Notes: generated by a model not told the origin, from the letters alone. 64,000 nt of DNA from an uncultured bacterium (GCA_938003925.1 CALKWQ010000015.1:1627-65626), one strand, 5' to 3'. Numbered from the stretch's first letter, positions 19,412 to 26,869 are shown. Program-made: numbers and translations.

Positions 19412-19453
19412 GACAGAACTCGGATTCGAACTAACAATCCCCTTTATTTTCAG
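19412..19453 (-). repeat. T3a: tRNA 3'-half-like fragment (family T3)
   Basis: Minus strand AAATAAAGGGGATTGTTAGTTCGAATCCGAGTTCTGTC, followed by a decayed copy of the TTGACA-N17-TATACT module. Confidence 0.5.
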
Positions 19454-19474
19454 CTCTTTTTACACATTTGACGT

Positions 19475-19505
19475 AAACAAAAAACATGACCTAAATCATG
19501 TTTCT
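19475..19505 (-). terminator. terminator-like hairpin between X2 and T3a
   Basis: Minus strand AAACATGA-TTTAGG-TCATGTTT followed by TTTGTTT. Confidence 0.5.
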
Positions 19506-19537
19506 TTGTATTTTGGCTAATGTTTAATACCTTGTAC

Positions 19538-19630
19538 CGGTCTTAAACACCAAAACGTTGTTGGCTCGGGGTCGTGGACGAAGTTCGAACCAGTGTGGCT
19601 AAGATTAAATAAGAATTAAGGGGATCATCT
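19538..19630 (-). repeat. X2 (19564-19630) plus 32-nt linker repeat (19538-19569)
   Basis: 27-nt core gctcggggtcgtggacgaagttcgaac at 19564-19590, identical to X3. Linker cggtcttaaacaccaaaacgttgttggctcgg is 31/32 identical to 22859-22890. Confidence 0.65.
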
Positions 19631-19809
19631 TAATGCGCTAAAGTTCAACTGAGGAATTTAATTATTTTCTACATGGCCTGGATTTCTATTATCAAGTCTC
19701 CTTTTTCCAGGGAGGTGCTAAACACTTCATAAGCCAGAAACACTTATTTTAATAATATCATTTTTTTGATATAATTAAATATATATAATAATATTTAATA
19801 ATATTTAGT

Positions 19810-21585
19810 ATGATAAATTTTTACAAAAAATTATTTTTTGTTTTAATGATTTTTATAGGGCTCCATTTCGCATCATCAGCTAAAGCGTCAGAATCATTTA
19901 CCGTCCTTACTCCAGTTGATGGAGTATCAGCTTCTATTGGTGATAATTTAAATATTTCTTGGTCAACCACTATCAATCAAAGCGATATTATTATGCAGAA
20001 AATTTCTTTTCAAGATGCTTATGGTCAATCTTATACAAACGCCTTACCCGATAATCATCATTTTACCATGGTTCCCGCCGGGACCAATAACTATAATTGG
20101 AAAATTCCTTCTGACGCAAATGGACTAATGGAAATTGAGCTATATAGCAGCTATTATGATTCTGAACAAAATGTAGCTATTTATTCTAAAAAAGTAAAAA
20201 TTAATGTAAGTCAGAATGCAAGCATTACCTTCCAGGAACCTAAATCTGGAGCTATTTATAATTTTAATGACAACATTCCTGTTAACTATGAATATAGTGG
20301 CTCAGGCAATGATGCTACTTTGCCAAAGAAATTTTATTTATACCGTGGAGACGATCTAATGGAAGATGATATATATATATCTGGCTCTAATAAATTCTGG
20401 ATCCAAAAAAGTCATTTAAGCGGAGATAATTACCGAATTAAAGTCCGCATCGGCTCTACCGAAGCTTTCAGTCCTTATTTTACAATAAAATATCCGGCTA
20501 TTGATGAAGTTAATGTTAATCTAGACAATACTAAATCATACATAATCGGTAGTAATTATGATATTACCTGGAGTTCCAACTGCAAGGGCGGAGTGGCTAC
20601 GATTTGGTTTTCAACTACACCTGAAGCATCTACTGAGGGCCAAATTATCTTTCCTCTAAGCAACTTTCAGAGTGCTAAAAATTTATTGGGAACAGATGCT
20701 TTTTACACTTATCAGAACGCCTTTATGTTCAACACTCTTGCCAACACAATGTTAAGCCCTAATCTCGAAAAAATAAATTGGTCAGTTCCAGAACAAATGA
20801 GTTTTTCAAATTATTCTTTTAACAATCAACTTACTAATTCATATTACATTTTTCGTCGCCCAAACAATGAATATGTAATTGCAGAAAAATCAAAAAACCC
20901 AGTCATTCTCACTGTCACCCCTGGACAATATGTAGTCCGTGTTGATATTAAGGGTGCTAATGGCTGTTTTGCTACTGGACAGAGCCAAATAATTAATGTT
21001 GCTGCTAAAGGCTCGCAAGATGCTCCTAAAATCGTAATACCTACTAAAATCACCACACCAATCAAATCTGACGTTGATAAAAACTCTTATGATTATTCTT
21101 TTTCAAAAAAACAGGCCGGAAAAATCTTACTGCAAGTTGAGTCTCGAGGAGAAGCTTGGTATGTAAATCCTAAAGATGGACGAAGACAATACATGGCTGA
21201 TGGCGCTACAGCTTATAGTATTTTGAGAAGTTATGGCGTTGGCATTACCAATAAAGATTTAAATAAGATTCTGGTAGCCACTGATTTTATTGATAATCTT
21301 GCAAACCTAGACTCAGATAATGATGGTTATAACGATAAACAAGAATTGCAGAACGGTTATAATCCATATGCTAGCGGAAAACTAGTGATAGATAAAAGTT
21401 TTTCTAACATACATAAGGGAAAAATATTTTTACAAGTTGAGTCTCATGGCGAAGCTTGGTATATAAATCCGATTGATGGTTTAAGATATTATTTAGGGGG
21501 GGCAAGTGATGCCTTTAACGTCATGAGAAGTTTGGGGCTAGGCATTACAAATACCAACTTAAATAAAATACCAATTAACAATTAA
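19810..21585 (+). CDS. secreted repeat protein (signal peptide; Ig-like-looking N-terminal repeats; two C-terminal ~55-aa repeats flanking a DxDxDG Ca-binding-type motif)
   Basis: 591 aa. Tandem KILLQVESRGEAWYVNPKDGRRQYM...GVGITNKDLNKI and KIFLQVESHGEAWYINPIDGLRYYL...GLGITNTNLNKI, with DSDNDGYNDKQE between them. Confidence 0.8.
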   Translation: MINFYKKLFFVLMIFIGLHFASSAKASESFTVLTPVDGVSASIGDNLNISWSTTINQSDIIMQKISFQDAYGQSYTNALPDNHHFTMVPAGTNNYNWKIPSDANGLMEIELYSSYYDSEQNVAIYSKKVKINVSQNASITFQEPKSGAIYNFNDNIPVNYEYSGSGNDATLPKKFYLYRGDDLMEDDIYISGSNKFWIQKSHLSGDNYRIKVRIGSTEAFSPYFTIKYPAIDEVNVNLDNTKSYIIGSNYDITWSSNCKGGVATIWFSTTPEASTEGQIIFPLSNFQSAKNLLGTDAFYTYQNAFMFNTLANTMLSPNLEKINWSVPEQMSFSNYSFNNQLTNSYYIFRRPNNEYVIAEKSKNPVILTVTPGQYVVRVDIKGANGCFATGQSQIINVAAKGSQDAPKIVIPTKITTPIKSDVDKNSYDYSFSKKQAGKILLQVESRGEAWYVNPKDGRRQYMADGATAYSILRSYGVGITNKDLNKILVATDFIDNLANLDSDNDGYNDKQELQNGYNPYASGKLVIDKSFSNIHKGKIFLQVESHGEAWYINPIDGLRYYLGGASDAFNVMRSLGLGITNTNLNKIPINN

Positions 21586-21629
21586 ACCGTATAACGTTAC
21601 CTTTAAAATTCGGATTAATTAAATATTTA

Positions 21630-21657
21630 AAAAAACGAGCATTTCTGCTCGTTTTTA
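21630..21657. terminator. bidirectional intrinsic terminator
   Basis: aaaaACGAGCA-tttc-TGCTCGTttttt: 7-bp stem with A-run and T-run flanks. Serves the plus gene and, on the minus strand, follows module Ya. Confidence 0.7.
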
Positions 21658-21660
21658 TAT

Positions 21661-21720
21661 CAATGCTCCCGCAGTAATATTCGAACCGGAGTCGGTCTTA
21701 AAACATGAATATCCACTGCC
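21661..21720 (-). repeat. Ya: tRNA-like fragment (family Y)
   Basis: Minus strand CGGCAGTGGATATTCATGTTTTAAGACCGACTCCGGTTCGAATATTACTGCGGGAGCATTG. 6/7 acceptor-like pairing CGGCAGT/ACTGCGG, but only 39 nt lie between the arms. Confidence 0.5.
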
Positions 21721-21844
21721 GTATATAACGTTAGCTAAGTTTAAGACCTAACACTAATTACTATTAACATTTAACTTAATAACTCCTTCTTTATCCTAGC
21801 TGAACATTCTTCACAAATACTTTGGCAAAATATTTGTATTAAAA

Positions 21845-22252
21845 TTACAATATGGAGTTTAAATCAAAATCATTAAATTTTTCTGGCAAGCGGCCGACAC
21901 TTTTTAAAAAAGGAATACCGACTCGCAAAAAATTTTTTTGTATATCCATATAACCATTTTTTCTAAGATTTTCGTTGTTTTCATTTATAGTATCAATTGC
22001 CTCGCTCAAATAACTTTCGATTTCTTCATCTGACATTATTTCATATTGGGATTTACCAAAATTACCTTCTAATTCTTCATCTGGCGTACTTCCTAAAGCT
22101 TTGTGATCTTCGCTAGTTAAAGAAAAAAATCCTTGTTCTTTTGATTTCTTAGCAGCTTGTTCAAATGCAGATATCTTTTGTTTTTCAAAATTTTCCATAC
22201 TATTAAAAAAATTACATATCCCTTGGTAATACCATACCACTATACGATTCAT
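21845..22252 (-). CDS. hypothetical protein (135 aa)
   Basis: ORF. Its ATG overlaps the TGA of the upstream Nudix gene (ATGA overlap), which supports co-translation. Confidence 0.5.
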   Translation of the reverse strand: MNRIVVWYYQGICNFFNSMENFEKQKISAFEQAAKKSKEQGFFSLTSEDHKALGSTPDEELEGNFGKSQYEIMSDEEIESYLSEAIDTINENNENLRKNGYMDIQKNFLRVGIPFLKSVGRLPEKFNDFDLNSIL

Positions 22253-22689
22253 TTAGCCTGGTATATCTTTCCGGCTTTTAAATTGCGAATCATAAGTTCT
22301 GTTCCTTCGAAAATTTTATCAGGCAAATCATCTATGCTAAACCACCTCCATTCCCCCCATTTATCTGGCTCTTCAACATTTGGCACCCCGCCTTTATAAA
22401 CACCTTCAGTTCCTATGTTTAAATAGTGTTTACCATCTGTTTCTATGTATCTCATTTCATCTGCAACTGATATTAATTTGAACTCATCAATATCCAAGCC
22501 AGTTTCTTCTTTAACTTCTCGCTTTGCTGTTTCAAATATAGTCTCGCCGAACTCCAGATGACCCCCAGGAAATGACCATTCTCCAGCTCCATGAGATCCT
22601 TTTCTTAACCCTAATAAAACTTCTCCCTTATCATTTTTTATCATTACCCCGATGCCAACTTTAGGATATTTTTTTTCTAAATTATTCAT
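22249..22689 (-). CDS. NUDIX hydrolase (MutT-like)
   Basis: Nudix box GGHLEFGETIFETAKREVKEETGL. 146 aa. Confidence 0.8.
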   Translation of the reverse strand: MNNLEKKYPKVGIGVMIKNDKGEVLLGLRKGSHGAGEWSFPGGHLEFGETIFETAKREVKEETGLDIDEFKLISVADEMRYIETDGKHYLNIGTEGVYKGGVPNVEEPDKWGEWRWFSIDDLPDKIFEGTELMIRNLKAGKIYQAK

Positions 22690-22709
22690 ATTTATTATCT
22701 GATGCTTTA

Positions 22710-22718
22710 ATTATAGCA
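22710..22718 (-). promoter_or_regulatory. extended -10 element (TGcTATAAT) for 22249..22689
   Basis: Minus strand TATGCTATAAT, 20 nt upstream of the ATG. Confidence 0.4.
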
Positions 22719-22731
22719 TAAATATTAATTG

Positions 22732-22772
22732 GACAGGAGTGGGATTCGAACCAAAAACCCCTTTATTTACAG
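22732..22772 (-). repeat. T3b: tRNA 3'-half-like fragment (family T3)
   Basis: Minus strand AAATAAAGGGGTTTTTGGTTCGAATCCCACTCCTGTCCAA: canonical-looking T-loop and 3' acceptor strand, with a decayed 5' T-stem. Confidence 0.55.
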
Positions 22773-22791
22773 ACCTTTCCGCTTATTTGAC

Positions 22792-22826
22792 TAAAACAAA
22801 AGAACTCAGCACAAACTGAGTTCTTT
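22792..22826 (-). terminator. intrinsic terminator between X5 and T3b
   Basis: Minus strand AGAACTCAG-TTTGTG-CTGAGTTCT (perfect 9 bp) followed by TTTGTTTT. Confidence 0.65.
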
Positions 22827-22858
22827 CGATTTTTTTGGTAATATTAGACCTCTCCTGT

Positions 22859-22929
22859 CGGTCTTAAACACCAAAATGTTGTTGGCTCGGAGACTGGGAT
22901 AAAATTGGAACTTTTTTGTAATAAATTAC
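22859..22929 (-). repeat. X5 (degenerate family X copy, 22884-22929) plus 32-nt linker repeat (22859-22890)
   Basis: ggctcggagactgggataaaattggaac aligns to the X core with many A/T substitutions. Starts right after the stop codon of 22930..23277. Confidence 0.5.
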
Positions 22930-23277
22930 TTAATTTTCTCTAATAATTGTCGGTTTAAAAAATCTTTCCTGGAATTCAACCAAAGACAGAATTTGCTCAT
23001 CAGAATAACTAACTCCATCTGGCACAACTATTAATTTATCATCGTCATCATCTAATCTATGAATTATGGCAATACATTTTCCAGTAAATTCTTCTTTTGG
23101 TTCAAATACTCCTAAAATATAAGCATCAACTCCTTCACCATCAGGAGCTAATTCATTTTCAATATAACCGTAATTAAAAGAATAATAGATATCGTATTTA
23201 GGGTGCTTAGACCCCAAAGCTCTATCTACTTTAACATTAACAATTTTATTTAAAAATTTAGTGGCATAATTATTCAT
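22930..23277 (-). CDS. small inorganic-pyrophosphatase-like protein (family I PPase fold, truncated type)
   Basis: 115 aa. DGEGVDAYILG...IIHRLDDDDDKLIVVP resembles the DGDPLD / acidic metal-binding cluster of soluble PPases. Assigned from recall. Confidence 0.55.
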   Translation of the reverse strand: MNNYATKFLNKIVNVKVDRALGSKHPKYDIYYSFNYGYIENELAPDGEGVDAYILGVFEPKEEFTGKCIAIIHRLDDDDDKLIVVPDGVSYSDEQILSLVEFQERFFKPTIIREN

Positions 23278-23283
23278 GAAATA

Positions 23284-23292
23284 ATTATAACA
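23284..23292 (-). promoter_or_regulatory. extended -10 (TGtTATAAT) only 6 nt from the ATG of 22930..23277; possible leaderless mRNA
   Basis: Minus strand TGTTATAAT-TATTTC-ATG. Confidence 0.35.
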
Positions 23293-23319
23293 TATAGTTC
23301 TAAAGCTATAAACTCCCTA

Positions 23320-23350
23320 CTAAAAATAGCCCCTAAAATAGGGCTATTTA
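23320..23350 (-). terminator. intrinsic terminator downstream of X3
   Basis: Minus strand ATAGCCC-(8-nt loop)-GGGCTAT followed by TTTTTAG. Confidence 0.55.
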
Positions 23351-23355
23351 AAAGT

Positions 23356-23421
23356 GCTCGGGGTCGTGGACGAAGTTCGAACTAATGTGACTAATATTTA
23401 AGAAAAACTAGAAGTATAATC
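23356..23421 (-). repeat. X3: tRNA-3'-end-like repeat (family X), begins right after the stop codon of 23422..23964
   Basis: 27-nt core at 23356-23382, identical to X2. Flank ...actaatgtgactaatatttaag aligns with X2/X4. Confidence 0.65.
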
Positions 23422-23964
23422 CTACTTAGAATCTTGAAAATCAATAAGATACTTATAAATGCCTTCAAAACCCTCTAAACTAGGGGCCCAATCATTAGAA
23501 TCATTTTTAATTCCCTCTACTATATCTTGCGCTGGCAACCACTTCACTTCTTGAACCTCATTATCAGCAAATTTTAAACTACTAATATCCTCTAATCCTG
23601 GATAATAATAAACATAAGTAAATTCATTGTTTGGCAAATCATCTCTTTTTAAAATTGGCCCGGGAATAAATTTATTAATATCAGCCCTTAATCCAATTTC
23701 TTCTTCTAACTCAGATATAAGTGTTTGTTTTACATCCTGACCTGATTTTAAATGGCCACCAAAACGTGTGTCCCACATGTTTGGGCACAAATCTTTTGCT
23801 TTAGACCTGAGATGAACGAGAAAATAATATTCATTATTCTTCTTCATAAAATAATAAATATGAACCGTTCTGTGCCAAGAGCCGTCTTTGTGAATTAGAG
23901 ATCTCAATTTCTTTTCTCCCGTAATATTATTATTTTCATCAACAATATCTAAATATTCTTCCAT
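23422..23964 (-). CDS. NUDIX hydrolase (IDI/ADP-ribose-pyrophosphatase-like subgroup)
   Basis: Nudix box GGHLKSGQDVKQTLISELEEEIGL. 180 aa. Confidence 0.75.
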   Translation of the reverse strand: MEEYLDIVDENNNITGEKKLRSLIHKDGSWHRTVHIYYFMKKNNEYYFLVHLRSKAKDLCPNMWDTRFGGHLKSGQDVKQTLISELEEEIGLRADINKFIPGPILKRDDLPNNEFTYVYYYPGLEDISSLKFADNEVQEVKWLPAQDIVEGIKNDSNDWAPSLEGFEGIYKYLIDFQDSK

Positions 23965-23986
23965 AGTAATTAAGATAAGAGCTTTT

Positions 23987-24913
23987 TTAATGTTCTAGTT
24001 CCTCTTTAATTAGTGGAACGATTTGCTTGCGCATGATTAAATTTGGCCTTTTGGCAACAGCCTCATTAAATTTAATATTTAAAACTTTTTCCAATAGTTT
24101 CTGTGTTTTTAGATCTGGACTGATAAAATAATTACATTCTAACTCTAACTCGATAGTATTTTGAAAAATATAATCTAGTCCCATATCTTGCCTTATTTTC
24201 TCAAGTACCTTAATAATTTCTTCAATTCTTTCTTTGATAAGCATCTCAGCTCCGACAATTTCAATTTGAGCAATGCCAACTTTTTTATCAGCAAAAGTAA
24301 ACCACGCAAAATCGCCTTCAATTCTTTCACTCAACTTGCTTCCTGATAAATCTGACTTGGCCATAAAAAGATCTTTCCAGAAATTATCTGGCAAGAGTGC
24401 TATTTTATCAAGATACTCTACGGCCTTTTTATCTCTGTCTGTTGTAACTCCACCCTTAAAATTAAGAGTATTGGATATAATGGCTCCACAAAGTAAAATT
24501 GCTGACTCTTTGGAAATATTAATATTATTTTCAATAAACTTTTCTGCTATTAAAGTAGCAGCTGAGCCGACTAATTCAATTTGCACCCTAGCATTAGGAA
24601 ATTTATCAGCTTCATTAATTTTTCTGTGATCAATAATCTCAACTACTTTTTCCGGCGCAATATTTCCCTCAAGACCATTTAAATCGCTGGCGTCAACCAG
24701 GACGACCTCATCAAAATTATCAGCATTAATTATTTTCTGGGGATATGGAATATTATAACGATCTAAAATATATTTAGCTTCGTCGTGCGGCTCTCCGATA
24801 ATACCAACAATAGATTCTCTGCCCGTCTTCTGTAAAAATTCACCATAGGCAAAGGCTCCAGCCACCCCATCTAAGTCTGGATTTACATAACATGTGATAA
24901 GTGTTGGTTTCAT
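23987..24913 (-). CDS. DHH-family phosphoesterase, family II (Mn-dependent) inorganic pyrophosphatase-like
   Basis: NPDLDGVAGAFAY, VLVDASD, IIDHRK and the C-terminal LFMAKSDLSG...VGIAQIE segment resemble PpaC/DHHA2 proteins. Assigned from recall. Confidence 0.7.
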   Translation of the reverse strand: MKPTLITCYVNPDLDGVAGAFAYGEFLQKTGRESIVGIIGEPHDEAKYILDRYNIPYPQKIINADNFDEVVLVDASDLNGLEGNIAPEKVVEIIDHRKINEADKFPNARVQIELVGSAATLIAEKFIENNINISKESAILLCGAIISNTLNFKGGVTTDRDKKAVEYLDKIALLPDNFWKDLFMAKSDLSGSKLSERIEGDFAWFTFADKKVGIAQIEIVGAEMLIKERIEEIIKVLEKIRQDMGLDYIFQNTIELELECNYFISPDLKTQKLLEKVLNIKFNEAVAKRPNLIMRKQIVPLIKEELEH

Positions 24914-24921
24914 ATATCACT

Positions 24922-24927
24922 ATTATA
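24922..24927 (-). promoter_or_regulatory. -10 box TATAAT 8 nt from the ATG of 23987..24913; possible leaderless mRNA
   Basis: Minus strand TAGGTTATAAT-AGTGATAT-ATG. Confidence 0.35.
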
Positions 24928-24957
24928 ACCTAAAAATTAAAATATAAAAACCAAAAA

Positions 24958-25001
24958 CACAGGACGTGGATTCGAACCAATATTGACCAATGAAATCAAG
25001 G
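24958..25001 (-). repeat. T3c: tRNA 3'-half-like fragment (family T3)
   Basis: Minus strand TTGGTCAATATTGGTTCGAATCCACGTCCTGTG. Confidence 0.5.
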
Positions 25002-25029
25002 TTTTTATATAAATTACTGTAGATTATCT

Positions 25030-25078
25030 AAAATATCCCAAAAATATTCGAACCGCTTTGGAACTTAAAATGTATCTA
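25030..25078 (-). repeat. Yb: tRNA-like fragment (family Y)
   Basis: Minus strand TAGATACATTTTAAGTTCCAAAGCGGTTCGAATATTTTTGGGAT aligns with Ya (GGATA..CAT.TTTTAAG....CGGTTCGAATATT). Confidence 0.5.
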
Positions 25079-25086
25079 ATATTAAA

Positions 25087-25111
25087 ACAAAAAAAGAGCC
25101 TTTCGGCTCAA
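25087..25111 (-). terminator. intrinsic terminator downstream of X6
   Basis: Minus strand GAGCC-GAAA-GGCTC followed by TTTTTTT. Same hairpin as at 17957-17980. Confidence 0.6.
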
Positions 25112-25123
25112 TTTTGTTGTTTT

Positions 25124-25183
25124 GCTCGCCTGGAGAGACAGCTTCCGAACTTGGATGGCTAATAATAAATAATATTTTGACCC
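25124..25183 (-). repeat. X6: degenerate family X copy, begins right after the stop codon of 25184..26869
   Basis: gctcgcctggagagacagcttccgaacttggatggctaataat aligns to X1/X2 (gctcg...ttcgaac...tggcta) with substitutions. Confidence 0.45.
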
Positions 25184-26869
25184 CTAATTCTTCATTCGCC
25201 TAACTTCCAAATCTACTAAATTATCTAGATTAAAATTTTCTCTTTCCGTTTCACATTCTTTTCTCTCTTTATCCGGATAGTTACTGCAGTTGGGATAACG
25301 GGCTACAAATTGCACCAAATAAACATTATTTTCTATTACTGTTGTATAAGCATATTGCGTATAGACAGATCCCGCCGCGCCCTCGCTAGAAGCACCTATG
25401 CAATATTTCTGGCCGTTTATTTCCTTTTTACTTATTCGAAGAGGTAAGCTAGATTCTAGAGGGGTTTCATTACACTCTATTTCACCATTTTCTATCCAAG
25501 ATTCTAACTTGGGGTATTCTTCGGCTTTAAATATGTTCGAACTATAATTTTGAAATGAAATATAACTAGCCTTAAAACTATCTGGTAAATTTGATTCTAT
25601 ATTCCCTTCTTCGGTATATAAATATTTAACCCCTATCACCTTGATTGTGCCTAAAGTTTTATAAATATCGCTTTCTTCGTTAACCAGCTCGCCGCTAATT
25701 TCTATTTTTTGCCCCTTTCTTATCTTATTAACTATATTATTTTTATCATCACTGGGCGCTTGCAAGCGATAATAATCACTATTACTATTCTTAATACCAA
25801 ATACACACAAATCATTATGCGATATATTCTCATCTTTTAGAGGCAGGCAAACAAACTCTCCAGAAACAACAAATAAATTATCATCTCCGCTCATCCCCTT
25901 ATATTCGCTTAAAAAATGAAAAGACTCCGATATTTTTTGATCAAAGCAATTATCATAAAAGAACCCCAGGCCAATCTGACATTCTTGTCCCGTACTCCAA
26001 AAAGCGACTCTTTTTTGAACCGGACTATAAATTATATAATTTGTATAATTGACCGGACATAAAGTCGACCCCAAATCTTTACCATCTCCATCTATTTCTA
26101 CGCGATAATTTCCACTGAATTGAGTCGGTATTTTGGCCTTATAACTACAACCAGAGCCAAGTTTTTGTTTAATAATTTTGTCTAAATCATCTTCATTTTC
26201 AACATTTAAAATCACGAAATGCCAAGACAAGGGATACTTAGAAGTATTATCATATTCAGGAATAAAAGTATTTTCTGTCTTCACCGATTCTCCGGTTTGC
26301 CAATCAAATGATATATCGTATTTTTGATGGAGATAAAAATTGTTATTTTTACTTAATACTTGGTTAGGGAGTAAAACGTCTAAGCCTTCCGGTAAATTAG
26401 TCCAAAGTTTACTATCAATAGACAATGACGGGTAACGAAACATAAAACCATATTCTTCATTTTTATAGTCAATCCATTCAATCGATTCTCTGGCATTTTT
26501 GATTATAATAAGACTCCAAATAGAGTAAAAACGAGAATAATGGCGATGCGTAGCCAATAGCGCATTATCATTTTTATCTTTAAAAAAATAACCAGAACCC
26601 ATCTGGCTGATAAATTCGTAGCCTTGATCTTTCAATAAACTAACTAAAACTTCTTGACCATTTTTGCCTTTAGTTAAATATTTATCTCCACCTATGTCTA
26701 ATTTAACAATTTTATTGCTAGCGAAATTTAATTGTATTATCCCTTTTAGTAGAGGGGTCGGGTTGCCTTCCTGAAAAATTACTGGCCGATATAACAAAAA
26801 AGCTAAAATAAAAATAATAATTAAGCCGCCAAAAAAAATTGATACTACCTTTTTATTTATTTTTAGCAT
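25184..26869 (-). CDS. hypothetical membrane-anchored protein (561 aa)
   Basis: Long ORF with N-terminal TM (VVSIFFGGLIIIFILAFLL). No family recognised. Confidence 0.6.
   Translation of the reverse strand: MLKINKKVVSIFFGGLIIIFILAFLLYRPVIFQEGNPTPLLKGIIQLNFASNKIVKLDIGGDKYLTKGKNGQEVLVSLLKDQGYEFISQMGSGYFFKDKNDNALLATHRHYSRFYSIWSLIIIKNARESIEWIDYKNEEYGFMFRYPSLSIDSKLWTNLPEGLDVLLPNQVLSKNNNFYLHQKYDISFDWQTGESVKTENTFIPEYDNTSKYPLSWHFVILNVENEDDLDKIIKQKLGSGCSYKAKIPTQFSGNYRVEIDGDGKDLGSTLCPVNYTNYIIYSPVQKRVAFWSTGQECQIGLGFFYDNCFDQKISESFHFLSEYKGMSGDDNLFVVSGEFVCLPLKDENISHNDLCVFGIKNSNSDYYRLQAPSDDKNNIVNKIRKGQKIEISGELVNEESDIYKTLGTIKVIGVKYLYTEEGNIESNLPDSFKASYISFQNYSSNIFKAEEYPKLESWIENGEIECNETPLESSLPLRISKKEINGQKYCIGASSEGAAGSVYTQYAYTTVIENNVYLVQFVARYPNCSNYPDKERKECETERENFNLDNLVDLEVRRMKN

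Noticed and set aside
19320-19520. Track ORF (+), 66 aa, in the 720-nt gap.
   Set aside because: It is a low-complexity AT-rich frame running across the T3a module and a terminator hairpin, with no start context.
19538-19569. Anticodon-arm-like stem-loop in the 32-nt linker repeat, also at 22859-22890. On the minus strand UUGGU-GUUUAAG-ACCG(A/G) would give anticodon UUA (an ochre suppressor). On the plus strand the CUUAAAC loop would give UAA (Leu).
   Set aside because: - There is no surrounding cloverleaf on either strand.
- G32 would be atypical.
- The stem is only 3 Watson-Crick pairs plus wobbles.
22249-22252. Alternative genetic code with UGA recoded, as in some CPR lineages.
   Set aside because: - Standard-code translation gives full-length ileS, lysS, dnaE, prfA and others.
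- TGA terminates 22249..22689 exactly at an ATGA overlap with the next start.
22732-22859. Possible full-length tRNA with a ~75-nt intron. An 8-bp acceptor-like pairing exists between GACAGGAG (minus strand, RC of 22852-22859) and CTCCTGTC (RC of 22732-22739), enclosing a GTCTAAT D-loop-like string, a hairpin and a T-loop.
   Set aside because: - No D-stem, anticodon stem or T-stem can be paired.
- The internal hairpin is followed by a U-tract, so it is a terminator.
- The homologous copy at 19.4-19.56 kb lacks the acceptor complementarity.

I treat it as a decayed fragment or coincidence.
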